The translations under genes and the position numbers were made by a program. A stretch of 64,000 nucleotides of DNA, taken from NCBI GenBank assembly GCA_946965045.2, contig OX337239.1, forward strand, positions 1,612,001 through 1,676,000, given 5' to 3'. The DNA is from Epithemia pelagica (Eukaryota > Protista > Bacillariophyta). The notes beneath the pieces are model-generated. The model ran no database searches, had not been told where the DNA came from, and saw only the letters and a program-made list of their open reading frames with translations. The stretch's first letter is position 1. Each line of letters begins with the position of its first letter. Shown here piece by piece: positions 10,775 through 22,278 of this stretch.

Positions 10775-12157
10775 CTATCCAAACAAAATCATTCCGACAC
10801 TGAGGTTTCGTTGAACATTTCGTTTGGAGGGTTCCAAACAAGCTTGCTCTCCAAAACAAGCCATGCCCAAAATGGGCACGGTTCCGACCTTGGACGACAA
10901 TTCGTTGTTGGTCAAGCCGGTATTCAAATTGTCTCCCACGGCAATGGCCATGCCACCACAATAAATGAGCATGCCCGCCTTGGGAGATGACGACGACGAC
11001 AATTGGGTTTGAGCCGTGTCGTAGGCGGCCGTCAAGGCCGTGGCATAGCCAGTTTCGGGTCCATTGCCACTGTCCATGACAGTCAAGGTGGACCCTTGTG
11101 GAATGGGCGCAAAAAAGTCCACGTAGGTACGGTCGCCCTCCGCTGGTTGCAAGCCACTAAAGGCGGCACAATGCGCCGTAATCGCTTCGGCCTGATTGGG
11201 ACCTTGGACGGCAATGGGTTTTTTTGCCGTTTGGGGCAAGACCAAACCCCCCGATTCATATTGTTCTTGCACGGCCTCGCCCAACCAGTCTCGGACCCAG
11301 TCCACCGCCGGTGCGTTGTTGATTTCATAGACACGTCGTTGTCCGTCCGTTTTCGTGGCAATACAGGTTTGACTAGTGGGTGTATAGGGTCCCATCATGG
11401 AGGCGCCAAAGGCTACGTTGGATCCAATGGCCACTAGGGCAATGCCCGTACTCGACACGGTTTCGGCGGACCACACATTCCAGGCACCCGACAAGTCATT
11501 GTCGGCCGCTGTGCCACCAAACACGGGAATGCCGGGAAAGGCTGCTTCCAAAGCTTGCAAGGTTCCTTCTTCGGCACCAGGTGTGGTGCTCATAAAAATG
11601 GCTTGTGGCGGTTCCGTCGTCGTGGCAAGTTTGGCGTGAAGGTCGGCCGCCGCCTCGACGGCATTGCCTTGCGCGTTGAACACGGATACAAAATCGTTGA
11701 CATTGTTCGTAGACAAGAGCAAACACGCCACGGCCGCGGGCAAGGCACCCGTTCCTGGTTTCAAAATAGCACCACTGGATGTCAAGCCATGTATCAATGT
11801 AGAAGGAGGCAAGGCTTGAGCGAGGGCTTGTCGAACTTGCGTAATATCTCGATGCACCGTGGCCGAACAAAAGGCCATAATGGGTGGACTACTACTGGTT
11901 TCGCCCAAACCCTCCAGGGCTTGAGAGACTGCTTCTTGGACGGCGGTCGGAGTATCCGAAGCAGTACTACTGCCGTATCCAACGCTTTGAATCGCCATGA
12001 GGAGTTGTGATGAGGAGGACGTGGACGACGAAAAAGAAGAGGACGGTTTGGGGAGGAAGGTGGTGGAACCCAGAAATAATGAGCCTAGCGAAAAGGCACC
12101 AACCCCAGCCCCAGGACTCGACAGCAAACAAGGGACAAACCACAAGAGCGGAATCAT
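10775..12157 (-). CDS. FIST (FIST_N + FIST_C) domain protein with a probable bipartite plastid-targeting presequence
   Basis: FIST-like motifs: IHGLTSSG, PVFGGTAADN, AKTDG-RRVYEINNAPA, IYCGG and GMACFGEQ. A hydrophobic N-terminus ends in GA-F and is followed by a Ser-rich transit-like stretch. Intronless. Confidence 0.8.
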   Translation of the reverse strand: MIPLLWFVPCLLSSPGAGVGAFSLGSLFLGSTTFLPKPSSSFSSSTSSSSQLLMAIQSVGYGSSTASDTPTAVQEAVSQALEGLGETSSSPPIMAFCSATVHRDITQVRQALAQALPPSTLIHGLTSSGAILKPGTGALPAAVACLLLSTNNVNDFVSVFNAQGNAVEAAADLHAKLATTTEPPQAIFMSTTPGAEEGTLQALEAAFPGIPVFGGTAADNDLSGAWNVWSAETVSSTGIALVAIGSNVAFGASMMGPYTPTSQTCIATKTDGQRRVYEINNAPAVDWVRDWLGEAVQEQYESGGLVLPQTAKKPIAVQGPNQAEAITAHCAAFSGLQPAEGDRTYVDFFAPIPQGSTLTVMDSGNGPETGYATALTAAYDTAQTQLSSSSSPKAGMLIYCGGMAIAVGDNLNTGLTNNELSSKVGTVPILGMACFGEQACLEPSKRNVQRNLSVGMILFG

Positions 12158-13017
12158 TTTTCAATGTATGAGAATGTAGGATGTGTTTCGACAACGACGA
12201 CTGTTGTTTGCCGGGTATCATGCTCGGTTTGGCGGAAGTACCCAAAGATCGCGCGCAAGATAAGGAACTATCAAGCGGGGCAATTGGATGACGAAACTCA
12301 ATCGTAAAGTGTAGCATTTCTCCGTCCGATATCATCGCTGTAAACCTGTGCAGCCGATCGGAATTTCTGCAAGCGCGACCAAAAGATCCTCCAAGATACC
12401 TTTTTCCTCGCTCTTGCTTTCGTCATCGACATGTCATAGACTCTCTACTCTACACAGAGTCGAATCAATCGATTGTGTAGTCGCGATGTCGTCTCACTCT
12501 CACCAATCTAGGATTCACGACAACCCGGAAACTGGATGATATTGGCGTGGAGGTTCCGTATGGTGCCACATTCTTGTTGTCCCTTCTTGTTGTTGGTTTG
12601 TTCTGGGAGTTGTGTGGTGACGGGTGACGGTTGCTCACGATTCCCTTCTTGCAGTAGAGAGAGAGGGTATGGAGTTGTGTGTTTGTCTGTTTGTGGGAAA
12701 AGAACATGGATGGAACTATGATTGGCAGACACTTTGGTCACCTTCTGTTGCCCCAATTCCATGCCGACGCTCGTAAACGCCTTACAGAGGGTGAAAACTA
12801 AATGTGAATATATCTTTTGAGAGGAGAACCACAGTCAGTAAAAGGGACTTATTCGTTGGAGCATTATCCAAAACACACACTGGCTTCATGGAATCCCTCA
12901 CATTTTGGCATCCATTCAGCGACATGTGTCGTGTCTGTAGACAAGGCATTCTACTCTAGGTAGGCCATTGTCTTGCGCGTCGAAGTCATCCACGAATATT
13001 CATGACAGAGAATCTTT

Positions 13018-15399
13018 CTAGGGTTCCACCTTGCGAACTTGCCCGTCCGATTCAATCACAAAGTGTCCTGGTTCATAGAGCAAATATTCGGCAGTTTCAT
13101 GTTTCGTCATGGTGTATCCACGAATTTGGACCGCTTCGGGGAGGGAGGCCGCATCGTCTGGCGGCAAGTCGGTCAATTCCCATCCCTTGTTTTGAATTCT
13201 CAAATTCTGTACCGTTACATGCGTCTCTTCCCCGGCACGAATGACCAAGGCTCCATCCAGGGCCAGGCCATCAATTTTCAAATGGTGTCCATCCAACACC
13301 AAGGAGGATCGTCTCGTGATGGTGAGTTCCGAGTCTTGGACAATCTTGTCCTTCAATTCCTCTTGACTAATGGAAAACGCCGGGCACAAAATGACGCGAG
13401 GGCCCTTGGTGACGGGAATACCAGCCATCAGGACCGTGTCACTGGTAGTATCGTCCGTTGCACTGTCGACAATGGAAAAGCCGGCCCATTCCAGTTTCTT
13501 TTGATTTTGAATGTACTTGTCACTTTCGGCCGAAGACAAGGTTCCGGGTGCACTACCTCCCTTGGCAATGGTGCCTTGTCCGGCTTCCAACGAGTTTTTG
13601 GCCGGAGAAAAGGTAAACCACCGATCAAACATGCAAAAGCCAATTTGAGGACTCTCCAGTTCCTTTTGATAGAGTTTGGGAATGTCTTGCATCATACATT
13701 CCAGTCGCGTTGGCTTTTTGAATTCCGTCCGGGCTTGTTCGTCCTTGTATTTGGGATTGACAAATTCCAAAACGACACCCTGATCTTCTCCCCGCAACGT
13801 TTTGGCATATTCCGGTATCCGAAAGACCAAATTGTTGGCATTGCCCGGAAAGGGAGAATATCCAGTTGCTTCATCGGGAATATCACCCGTGCCCTGTGAT
13901 TTGAGCAGAGGGTCCAGTTGATTGTATTCGACATTGATTACCATGGACTTGCTTGGATCCGTCTTGTGTCTAGATTGTCAACGGGTGCAAGATAAAACAT
14001 GTTAGCCTCTCTCTTTTGGTCACAAACAAAGCATTCGGTCGTCACCAGTGCACTTACTCCAATTTGGCAATGGCCCCGGCAGCTTCTCCCGCCAAACGGG
14101 GAATACAGATACTATTCATGTGGAATCCTCGGGCGACACTGACACCCAAGGCCGGAACCACAGAGTTGATGACCAGGGCATTGGTATCTTGCAAAAAGAC
14201 GACATGTTCAATGCCCTGAGCTTCCCATTGATCCACCAGACCATCCCGGTAAAGTAGGTGGTGAACATCGCCATGTCCATGAGGTTTGGTTTGGACTTGC
14301 CATCGATTGTCATCGTCCAAGGCCAAACCTGCTTGTCCATCCTTGAGGGCAGCCACCTTGTCTTGCGTGACAATGGTCAACATGTCACTGTCCATACCAA
14401 AATTGTCATTGTCCTTGAGCAATTGTCGTGTCAATGGATCCGTGTCTCCCGAAGTCATGATGACCAAGGGAATCCGAATATCCTTGTTGCCAGTTTTCAA
14501 ACGAGCCATGTATTGCATCGCTTGAATGTACTTGACATAGAGACCGAGATAAGAAATATCGGTGCACAGGTTGGTTTCCAAGGATAGTTTAATTCCTGAA
14601 TATCCCAACCGTTCTCCCAATCCACCGGCCACCAACACAAAGACCACGCCTTGTCCAATGGCCTTGAATCCCATTTGTTCTGCCTCACCAAAGGGCATGG
14701 TCGAGGCCGATTCCTCGTCAAAAAAGGAGAGGGATTCTCCTTCGGGAATCTTGGCTTCATAGTCGGCAAAGGGATTGGTACCCAAATTGGATTCTTTCAA
14801 TAATTGCTGTGCCTTGGTCAAATAAGCCGTCAAACCACCAGGATAACTCTCGTCCAAATCGGCCAACTAATAAAATATACAACAACAACAAGAGAGTTCA
14901 ACGAAACACGCAACAGATTTCCAGTGCAACCATACATCATTCAGTCCGAATGGATTGAGAGTTTCTTCCTGCCATGAAGTGCAGACTCAGGTTCAGTTCG
15001 TTTTCTCTTACGCACCTGTTCGGCCAATTGTTTCTTGCCGTCGTCGTCCACTCCCGGTTCGGGCCAATTGCCATAGACATGTGCTTGTGCGGCGTCGCCA
15101 TTTTGTTGGTCCAAGGCAATAAGAGTTTGAATGGCATCTTGTCCACGTTTCGACAAGAGCGTCCAATTTTCCGTCTCCATAGGGGACACGACCGTCGCCT
15201 CGACCGAAGCCGCCAAGGACGACGACGACGACGACACGGAGTCGGGTCCACCACCACCTCCCCGAGTTGCAAAGGCGGGACGTTGGTTCCAACGGTGTAC
15301 AGCTTGCGGCGAGGATCCAGTAGATACAGGGGCAAACGACGAGGCCGAAGACACTGTTGAAAGCCATAACAGACTGGCGGTGGCGACTCCAAATCTCAT
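13018..15399 (-). CDS. USP: UDP-sugar pyrophosphorylase, plastid-targeted; 3 exons
   Basis: Exons 15399-15016, 14866-14058 and 13969-13018 are joined by GT-AG introns and read in frame (LAEQ|LADLDESYPGG; KLE|HKTDP). Motifs: FVLVAGGLGERLGY, IPLVIMTS, KPHGHGDVH, VINVEYNQLDPLL, FPGNAN, KKPTRLECMMQD. The N-terminus has ASS-FAP. Confidence 0.93.
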
Positions 15400-15876
15400 A
15401 ATGACGATGGTGGCTGTATTTTTGTTTCTTGTGTCTTTTTGGAAATTCTGTTTGATCCGTCGTTGTGGTTGAGATATTCGTATGACTTGCTTTCTTGGAG
15501 ACAAACTTGTAGAAAAGCTTCTCTCGGAACGGAGCAGCAAACAATGCGTTCTGGTTCCACACACACACGCGAACGAAAAAGTGATGGGGGCTCGAATGAA
15601 AACAAAAGAGAAGTGCGTACCGTTGCAGTCGGTATCCTTGAGATGATATAGTGAGAAAGCGAACAGAGAGCGGTCAGCCATAAACCACGTAATCGATGTG
15701 GGGTGTGATGACAAAAAAGATTCTTCGCCACGAATCGAATCTCAATTTAGGTGCGCGACCCATTGGCGAAATGGGACATCTTTTCGGTCGCTCTTTAAAG
15801 AAGCGCGCCGGTGCGCCCGCTTCCCATTTTCTCTACGGGCGCACAGAGACACTTCTTTGGGAGCAACTCATTCACC

Positions 15877-16692
15877 ATGATGACAGGATCGGCCGGAGCC
15901 AACCAAGGCCTTGTTGAAGACAGAAATGACGCAAACGCTTTGACAACACCTCTTTTGGAAGCAGAGGTGAATGATTCCATTACAGCCTCCAATTCCGCCG
16001 CACAAACACAAACGGACAAGGAGAATCCACAAACAAGCCTAGACACGGAAGCTCCAACCACTACAGCTTTGGAAGAAGCAACGCCCAATCAGACGATACT
16101 ACAACCGGACGAGGAGGCACGAGATACCTTGTCATTGGAAAGCAACGACCCGAACCAAGTAACTCGAAATAATCCAGAGAATGGCCACACTACTAGCGTG
16201 GCGGACCACGAGTTGGAACGAGACACGGCCACTTGTTTTCTCTGTGCTCGTTTCACTCTGGGTCTCTTGTATTGGGCCATTAGTGCCTATATGGTGTTTT
16301 TGTTGGTGGTGGGACAAGGATTGGACAACTCCTTTGGGACGGGTCGAGGTTTGTGTCATGCTCCCAGTTTGTGCTTGTTTGTCCTGTCCTGGGCGGCCAT
16401 GGCGGCCTATCTGGGAGTGGAAGGCACATTGGTCTTTTGTTTTGGTGGAACCAATCAACAATTGGGATATCGACAACGTCGGTCCATTCTCAAAGCGTTA
16501 CGACCCACCCTGCCCTTGGCCATTTTCATTGTGTATTTGCTCGTGGCCTACCTGTACCTGGACATTCGCAATCACATTGTCTATGACGGCAAGAAGGGCG
16601 ACGACAAGAATGATGATGATGCCATGCCGCCTGCGAACGAATGGGACGACGATGACAGTTATTCCACATGGGCCATGGCACGTACTACGTAG
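15877..16692 (+). CDS. Hypothetical multi-pass membrane protein, possibly extended by downstream exons or truncated
   Basis: Acidic N-terminus with TPLL, then 3-4 hydrophobic segments. The 3' end is unresolved because possible GT/AG sites lie at 16680-16800. Confidence 0.55.
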   Translation: MMTGSAGANQGLVEDRNDANALTTPLLEAEVNDSITASNSAAQTQTDKENPQTSLDTEAPTTTALEEATPNQTILQPDEEARDTLSLESNDPNQVTRNNPENGHTTSVADHELERDTATCFLCARFTLGLLYWAISAYMVFLLVVGQGLDNSFGTGRGLCHAPSLCLFVLSWAAMAAYLGVEGTLVFCFGGTNQQLGYRQRRSILKALRPTLPLAIFIVYLLVAYLYLDIRNHIVYDGKKGDDKNDDDAMPPANEWDDDDSYSTWAMARTT

Positions 16693-17049
16693 TACCCGTA
16701 CGTAGGTTTGCAGAAATGTATGTGTCATTACACCTCAAACAACAATGTACTACTACTCTGCATGACTACCTACATGAATGCACCATTGCTTTTCTAAAAG
16801 TCGTTGCCTATGACGACAACGATTCTCCAAGAGTCGCTGCAGCTCGGTACTACGGAAGGATCTTGTTTTGGTGAACGGTGGCGAGAAGGCAAACGACGAT
16901 GATCGAATCTACTCCGGTACTAGTACCTCTCTCTATATATAGACAAAGACCTTTTGGGAATGCACATTCTTTCTCTCGAGACTGTTTTGCTGCGTTGTGG
17001 ATGGTCACGCAATGGCTGATCCAGATTCCTCGAAAACGGAACTCGCGTC

Positions 17050-18470
17050 GTGGCCGGCCACGGGATGGTGATAATGCTTCATTGCGTAATAACGAGTCAC
17101 AGTGACTTGATCTTCAATACTGTCCGAGACATACGAAACCTGACTTGTATCCCGCATAAGCCTCCTATGGAGAAGATCTGTTCTTTGGGAGTTGTTCCGT
17201 ATTTGCATCGTGTCCTACAACAACTGGATGATTATCTACAACTGCAGTTCGAGTCAACATGGGCCCTGACAAATATGACATCGTCTACCTCGAACACAGT
17301 GGTTTGCTCTGTGGCAGAGTTCCCTGGAATGGTACATGAGCTAGGGCGACTGGTTGTGTTCGGTAAAACGGCCGATTTACGCTTTCAGTCGGCGTGGTGC
17401 ATTGGCAACATCGCGGCCGAATCTTCCAAATACAGAGATGGGCTTCTCAAAATGGATTCCGTAAGAAATGGATTTGTTCACAACATTATCAGCCCCGAGA
17501 CGAAAACACTCCTTGGACACTTTGTATGGGCTCTTAGTAACATTCTTAGAGACAGTTCCCATCGCGATATCATGGAAACAGAGTGTTTCGTACGCCCGCT
17601 GGTGAGGTTCCTCGAAGAATCTTCAAGAGACGATGTGCAGCTGAGGTTGGACGTTTGCTACTGTCTTCAATATCTTGCGGAAGGCAATGTAGAAGATGGA
17701 AGTCGCCCACAAGTCCTGATTGACTTCAAGGTGCTCCCTACCTTGAAGAAAGTCCTTGAAGAAGAAGTGACTTCAAAATGCCCGACCCCCAAGCTTCTTG
17801 TACGTCTTACTCGATACTTCGGAATGATTGCCTCCGGAAACGCAATGCAAACAGACTTGTTATTATCCACGGGGATTCTTGACTTCATCGTTCCATTGGT
17901 ACACGTCAAGAACAAGGCAGTTGTAAAGGAGACAATGTGGCCACTCTCCAACATTGCCGGAGGGACGAAAGACCAGGCGGAAGCTCTGGCGAAACGGGGC
18001 CGCATTTTGAGGGAGGTCGTGAAGGCCTCCCACTCCGACAATTGGGCCACACGGAAAGAGGGTTTGTGGACCCTTTGTAATCTCCTTTCGAATAATTCTC
18101 CAACACAAACGATAGCTGTTGTAAGCGCGGGGGCGATTTTGCCGTTTTGCGCGAGTCTCCAATTATCAGAATCCGATCTGTTGATATCGATCTTGGACAG
18201 CCTATATAGGATGCTGGTCATGATGCTAACCAACCGAATAACAACATGCCGACTGTAATCGAGGAAGAAGGGGCACTCGATACTATCGAAGCACTGATCA
18301 TTTCGGAAGAAGATCCCAACGCTGGTCCCAAACTTTTTCGGGCTTTCGCCCTCTGCAAAGAATTTGTTTCCTGCGGACGGTTCAGTCATTGGACGGGTTG
18401 GAAACTCAAAGGGCGTCTGCTCAATGTCGGGCGGTGTTGTGTCTCCAACTGTTTCGGTCGGCTGCGATGA
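17050..18470 (+). pseudogene. Importin-alpha-like ARM-repeat gene lacking a visible IBB domain, frameshifted near its 3' end
   Basis: LQFESTWALTN, QSAWCIGNIA, VWALSNI, KETMWPLSNIAGG and KEGLWTLCN match importin-alpha ARM repeats. The conserved IEEEGALDTIEAL lies in a different frame (18246-) after about 18215. Confidence 0.75.
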
Positions 18471-18981
18471 CGGCAATGCCAACGAACACGCCCATGGAAT
18501 TTGCGGTGATAGAATCAACTCGCAACAATCAACGACGGAAATTTTGTTTGTGGAGTAGTCGTCATACATTGGTGGTGTCGCTGCAAGCGCAGTTCTGAAG
18601 TGTGTGACAACAGAAGCAGGTGAGAACTCCAAGTCCTCATGCAGAATGTTGACCAATTGTGTTGGATTCTGGGGGTCTGGTAGGTAGAACTCGGAATCCA
18701 TTCCGTGAAACTCCCGAACCGTTGCTTGGAAGTTTGTATCTGCGGGCCTTCCTCCAGTCCAAGGGTGAATGCCCGTCAATCCACCAAGCCGCGGTCTTGT
18801 CGGTGCAACGCTTACTCGCGGTGTAGGCGGTGGTGGTGGCCACGGAGGCGGCCTCAATGGAGCTGTAGCCATGGTCGATTCCAGTCTTCCAGTTTCCTCG
18901 TTTCAAACTTGGTTTGATCCCGTTCTTGTCGTCGTTGTATCAGCAATGCTCTTACAACTCGCTACTTGGGCTCACAACCTG
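18300..18981 (-). mobile_element. Degenerate Ty1/Copia (diatom CoDi-like) remnant: PBS and 5' gag fragment
   Basis: The minus strand reads CA|GGTTGTGAGCCCA at 18981-18967, resembling the copia half-tRNAiMet PBS GGTTATGGGCCCA. About 95 bp further on is a Pro-rich ORF start with PRLGG...WTGGRP, GMD..YLPDPQNP and YDDY, which I recall from diatom copia Gag proteins. No pol and no second LTR were found. Confidence 0.55.
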
Positions 18982-19756
18982 CCGTGATCTGGACGGTACA
19001 GATGCAATGGATGTCGTACGCAACAGAGACGATACTCTGATATGGTCAACAAGCGGCAAGGAAGATGTTGGAAGACATGCAATACACAACAATCGAAATT
19101 ATGATTCGGGAAGAGAGGAGAGATTATTTTATCTACCTTATTAGTGGCTCGACTCGCTCGCACTCCAAGGCTGTCCAATGCTACCCGAGCTACCTCACTT
19201 CCGTTGACTGGTATTGTCCTCAAGGCCCTTCACAAGTTTGACATCACTGAACACTGAACCGGATCGTCGGCCACCACTGCCAACGTGGGCCAAGCACTGA
19301 GTTTCGTTTCCTTGACACATTGTACCAAGCTCCAATTGTTGCATCTCAATGCCAGTTCGTGGCGAGACAAATCTGCACACATTGCATCTCAGTGACCGTC
19401 GCACTATACGGACAAGGGATTTCAAGCCTTTTGTCCGGGACTCCTCGAGAAGAAGATGATAATGATGAGGTCCAACAAAACCACAGACATGCCTTCTGTG
19501 GACAGAACTCCTCACCAGACCCTGAACAGGAACCGACCGACTCGACTACTACAAGGCTGCTGTGCCAGATATTTGTCCTGGCTTTGAGGCTAGCTCACCT
19601 ACAAACCATAGCTTAACTTTCCTCACCATTTCGAACCGCGAGATAGTATCCCTCAAGTAGAGAAAGCAAGACCCAAGCCATACCTTTCGCAAAGATCTAC
19701 TGGCTGAACGATCAAGCATCGTAAGTGCAATAAAACACCAGTTTTACTTTGAGCCT

Positions 19757-20992
19757 TTAACTGTAAATGGACTCCGGGACTCGATATGCAGTTTTCTTGC
19801 TACGATGCTGCTCATCCGATGCTATCTTCGGGTTCGAAGCTATCTTCTCTCGGGCTCGGTAATAGATTGGAACCTTACCCATTTCCAACAAACGAGAAAA
19901 TAGCTGACTATTCTTGTCCACAAGTGAGAGGGTTTCACATGCCTCAGTCGTACCATTCCCACCAATCACAGCGATACCATTCGACATGGACACCATGCTA
20001 CAATAATGCCTCCACTCTTTCAAGTTGGGAAGCTCCCAACACATGTGTTTATCGGCATCTAGAACTTGCACAGAATTCGAATCTTCACCGGGGTTCGATC
20101 CTCCTGCAACGACAAGACAGGAACCCACTTGGACTACAGCATGTCCCACTCGAGGCGACTTCAGGCTAAGATGCTCGTGGATCGTCCAGGACTTGGACAA
20201 TGGGAGCACAGATTCAGCACTATTCGCTGTATCGTCCAACAACTGGTCAAATTCCATATGTTCGACTGAGCTCAGGGCATGCCGTCTATTGTTCCCACCA
20301 ACAGCATATATCCGTTGACTTATCACAGCCATTCCAAAATGCCTTCGAGGTTTTCCCAACGATGGTCCAGATGTGACAGTACATGAATTTCCACATGCCG
20401 TGTCGAGAATGTCAACCGATGATACCTCATCCAATTCATTGGTCCCACCTGCCACTACAATAAATCTGTCGTGTACAACAGCGGCGGCACATCCCTCTCG
20501 TTTTGTAGACAAACGACAGTTCAACATTGTCCATCCATTCGCGTTGATGGTGGAAGATGATGATGAATGCTGAAACAACTCCCAAACATGGATAAGTTCA
20601 ATCGAATCCAAGCCAGATGCGCGGTTGCGTCCACCAATGGCGTAAACAGCGCCATTGCATACCACCGAAACATGACCATTTCGGCTTTCTTGCATAGGGG
20701 GTCCTTGTTGCCACTTCGCACGATCACCACGTAATAGAATAACTGAATTTGTTATGGAGAAAGTTTCCTGCAAAACTCCTCCCATAATCACCACAGTCTC
20801 GTCGTGTTTCGAGACTGGATGATTCACAACAACCGACGTGTGCAGACCCCGATTCCCTCCCACAAGTGGAGGCCAAGTGGATGGCCTCCAAATAGGTTCT
20901 ACTTTGTCTTTGTCATGGCTAAACGCCAGTCGAGACAAGAGCGCTTGTTCTTGGATCTTCATATATGGAAATATTGCGATTTCTTTGTACAA
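19757..20992 (-). CDS. Kelch-repeat beta-propeller protein; 5' region unresolved
   Basis: Repeated Kelch motifs: VVIMGG, VYAIGG, IVVAGG, IYAVGG, LVVAGG and IAVIGG with W/R spacing. Broken same-strand ORFs upstream (21062-21809) may be a decayed N-terminal part. Confidence 0.8.
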   Translation of the reverse strand: MYKEIAIFPYMKIQEQALLSRLAFSHDKDKVEPIWRPSTWPPLVGGNRGLHTSVVVNHPVSKHDETVVIMGGVLQETFSITNSVILLRGDRAKWQQGPPMQESRNGHVSVVCNGAVYAIGGRNRASGLDSIELIHVWELFQHSSSSSTINANGWTMLNCRLSTKREGCAAAVVHDRFIVVAGGTNELDEVSSVDILDTACGNSCTVTSGPSLGKPRRHFGMAVISQRIYAVGGNNRRHALSSVEHMEFDQLLDDTANSAESVLPLSKSWTIHEHLSLKSPRVGHAVVQVGSCLVVAGGSNPGEDSNSVQVLDADKHMCWELPNLKEWRHYCSMVSMSNGIAVIGGNGTTEACETLSLVDKNSQLFSRLLEMGKVPIYYRAREKIASNPKIASDEQHRSKKTAYRVPESIYS

Positions 20993-22278
20993 ATGACGTT
21001 CTCGGAGCGATCGACTGTTGTTTTGATGAGACGTTCTCTTTATCCAACTCTAGAGCCACCGTTATTTTCTGAGTGAAAGCACAGATGTTACATCAACGAA
21101 TGACATGTGTGCTGGGTGCGGTTCGCCCGGTGGAGCACGTTTTGATGCGTAGGACATCCTTTTACGTGGTTTGGTTTCCTTCTCGATCTTACAGCAATTT
21201 GATGACGAGAGATCCACGCTCGTTCTTGATCGAACACATATGAGGTACATGTCAACCTGTCGTTCATCAGAGGGTACGTGAACGAGCATGCGTCGAAGAG
21301 TACGTTCGTGAGAACAACAGAGGTGCTGCACTCTACGCTCGATCCAAACCAAGCGAGAAGCGTGGAACTCCCATATCCTAACTTGCGTTGCGAGCTTGGA
21401 ACTCCCATATCCGAATTTGCGAGCCGAAAGGAATTGTTTTGTGAAAGATCTGTAAATCCCTGCGAAAACAGAGAAGCTCTCTTGATTGGCAGTAAAACCT
21501 CGGACATCTTTTTTTACACTGGAGACGACGGAACTTAATGCTTTTGAGTACCAAGCGTGACTCGTCAATTGTCTTTGATCCCTCGATTGTTGAATGAGCG
21601 ACTTATCCTTGAAATCTTCTTCCCGATTGCCCCAGACAGTTTGCATCCAGCTCGGATGCTTCCACGCCAACCAAAATGATGGAAAGTGGCCGTTGGCCGT
21701 CTTTGGTGTTGACAGTCACGAATATTTGAATGATGTCATGCAGCATCGCGATCCATGGGTCCGTGAAGGAGAACACATTCTTCAATACCTCATGCTCACG
21801 TATGATCAAATAAATGGGACCAGTTACAAGTTGATCAGTACCAGCGAGAATAGCCCAGCATCCATGTGATCCTCCTCATCGGACTAGACGCGTCTCGGAA
21901 GTCGGATTAGTGTCCCAGTTGCAAAACTTATCCTATCTATCCAGCAAGATGAGCCACAGAGGAGTCATTTTCCATTCATTGCGTCTTGAAAGAACCTGAA
22001 ACGACACGTGAGTCTCCATACCATGGTCGATCTCTTATCAGTCGATCGAATAAAAGATATTGCCTCTCTATATTGCGACGAGATGCTACGAAATGGTTTG
22101 TCGCGCTTAATGTTTGTGGACTCTTGTGGTTCCGTACATGGAGGACGAGGCCATGATTGGTCGCTGACAATCCAAACGACACTGTGTTCCTCAGTCTCGA
22201 GAGGTGGTTCAGATGGAATTGCAATAGTTTGTTCTTGTCGTTTGTGCTGTCAACAAAGAGAGAGCTCCAGGATTATTA

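Noticed and set aside
16682-16695. 14-bp palindrome GTACTACGTAGTAC spanning an ORF stop codon, as a transposon footprint
   Set aside because: It is short and has no TSD or other support. It could be chance or lie inside an intron.
17667-18872. 401-aa minus-strand ORF as a real gene
   Set aside because: It is a chimera. The 5' part looks like a Gag remnant and the 3' half is the antisense of the importin-alpha-like ARM repeats.
21364-21412. 15-bp direct repeat GGAACTCCCATATCC (twice)
   Set aside because: An isolated short duplication in decayed sequence, with no interpretable structure.
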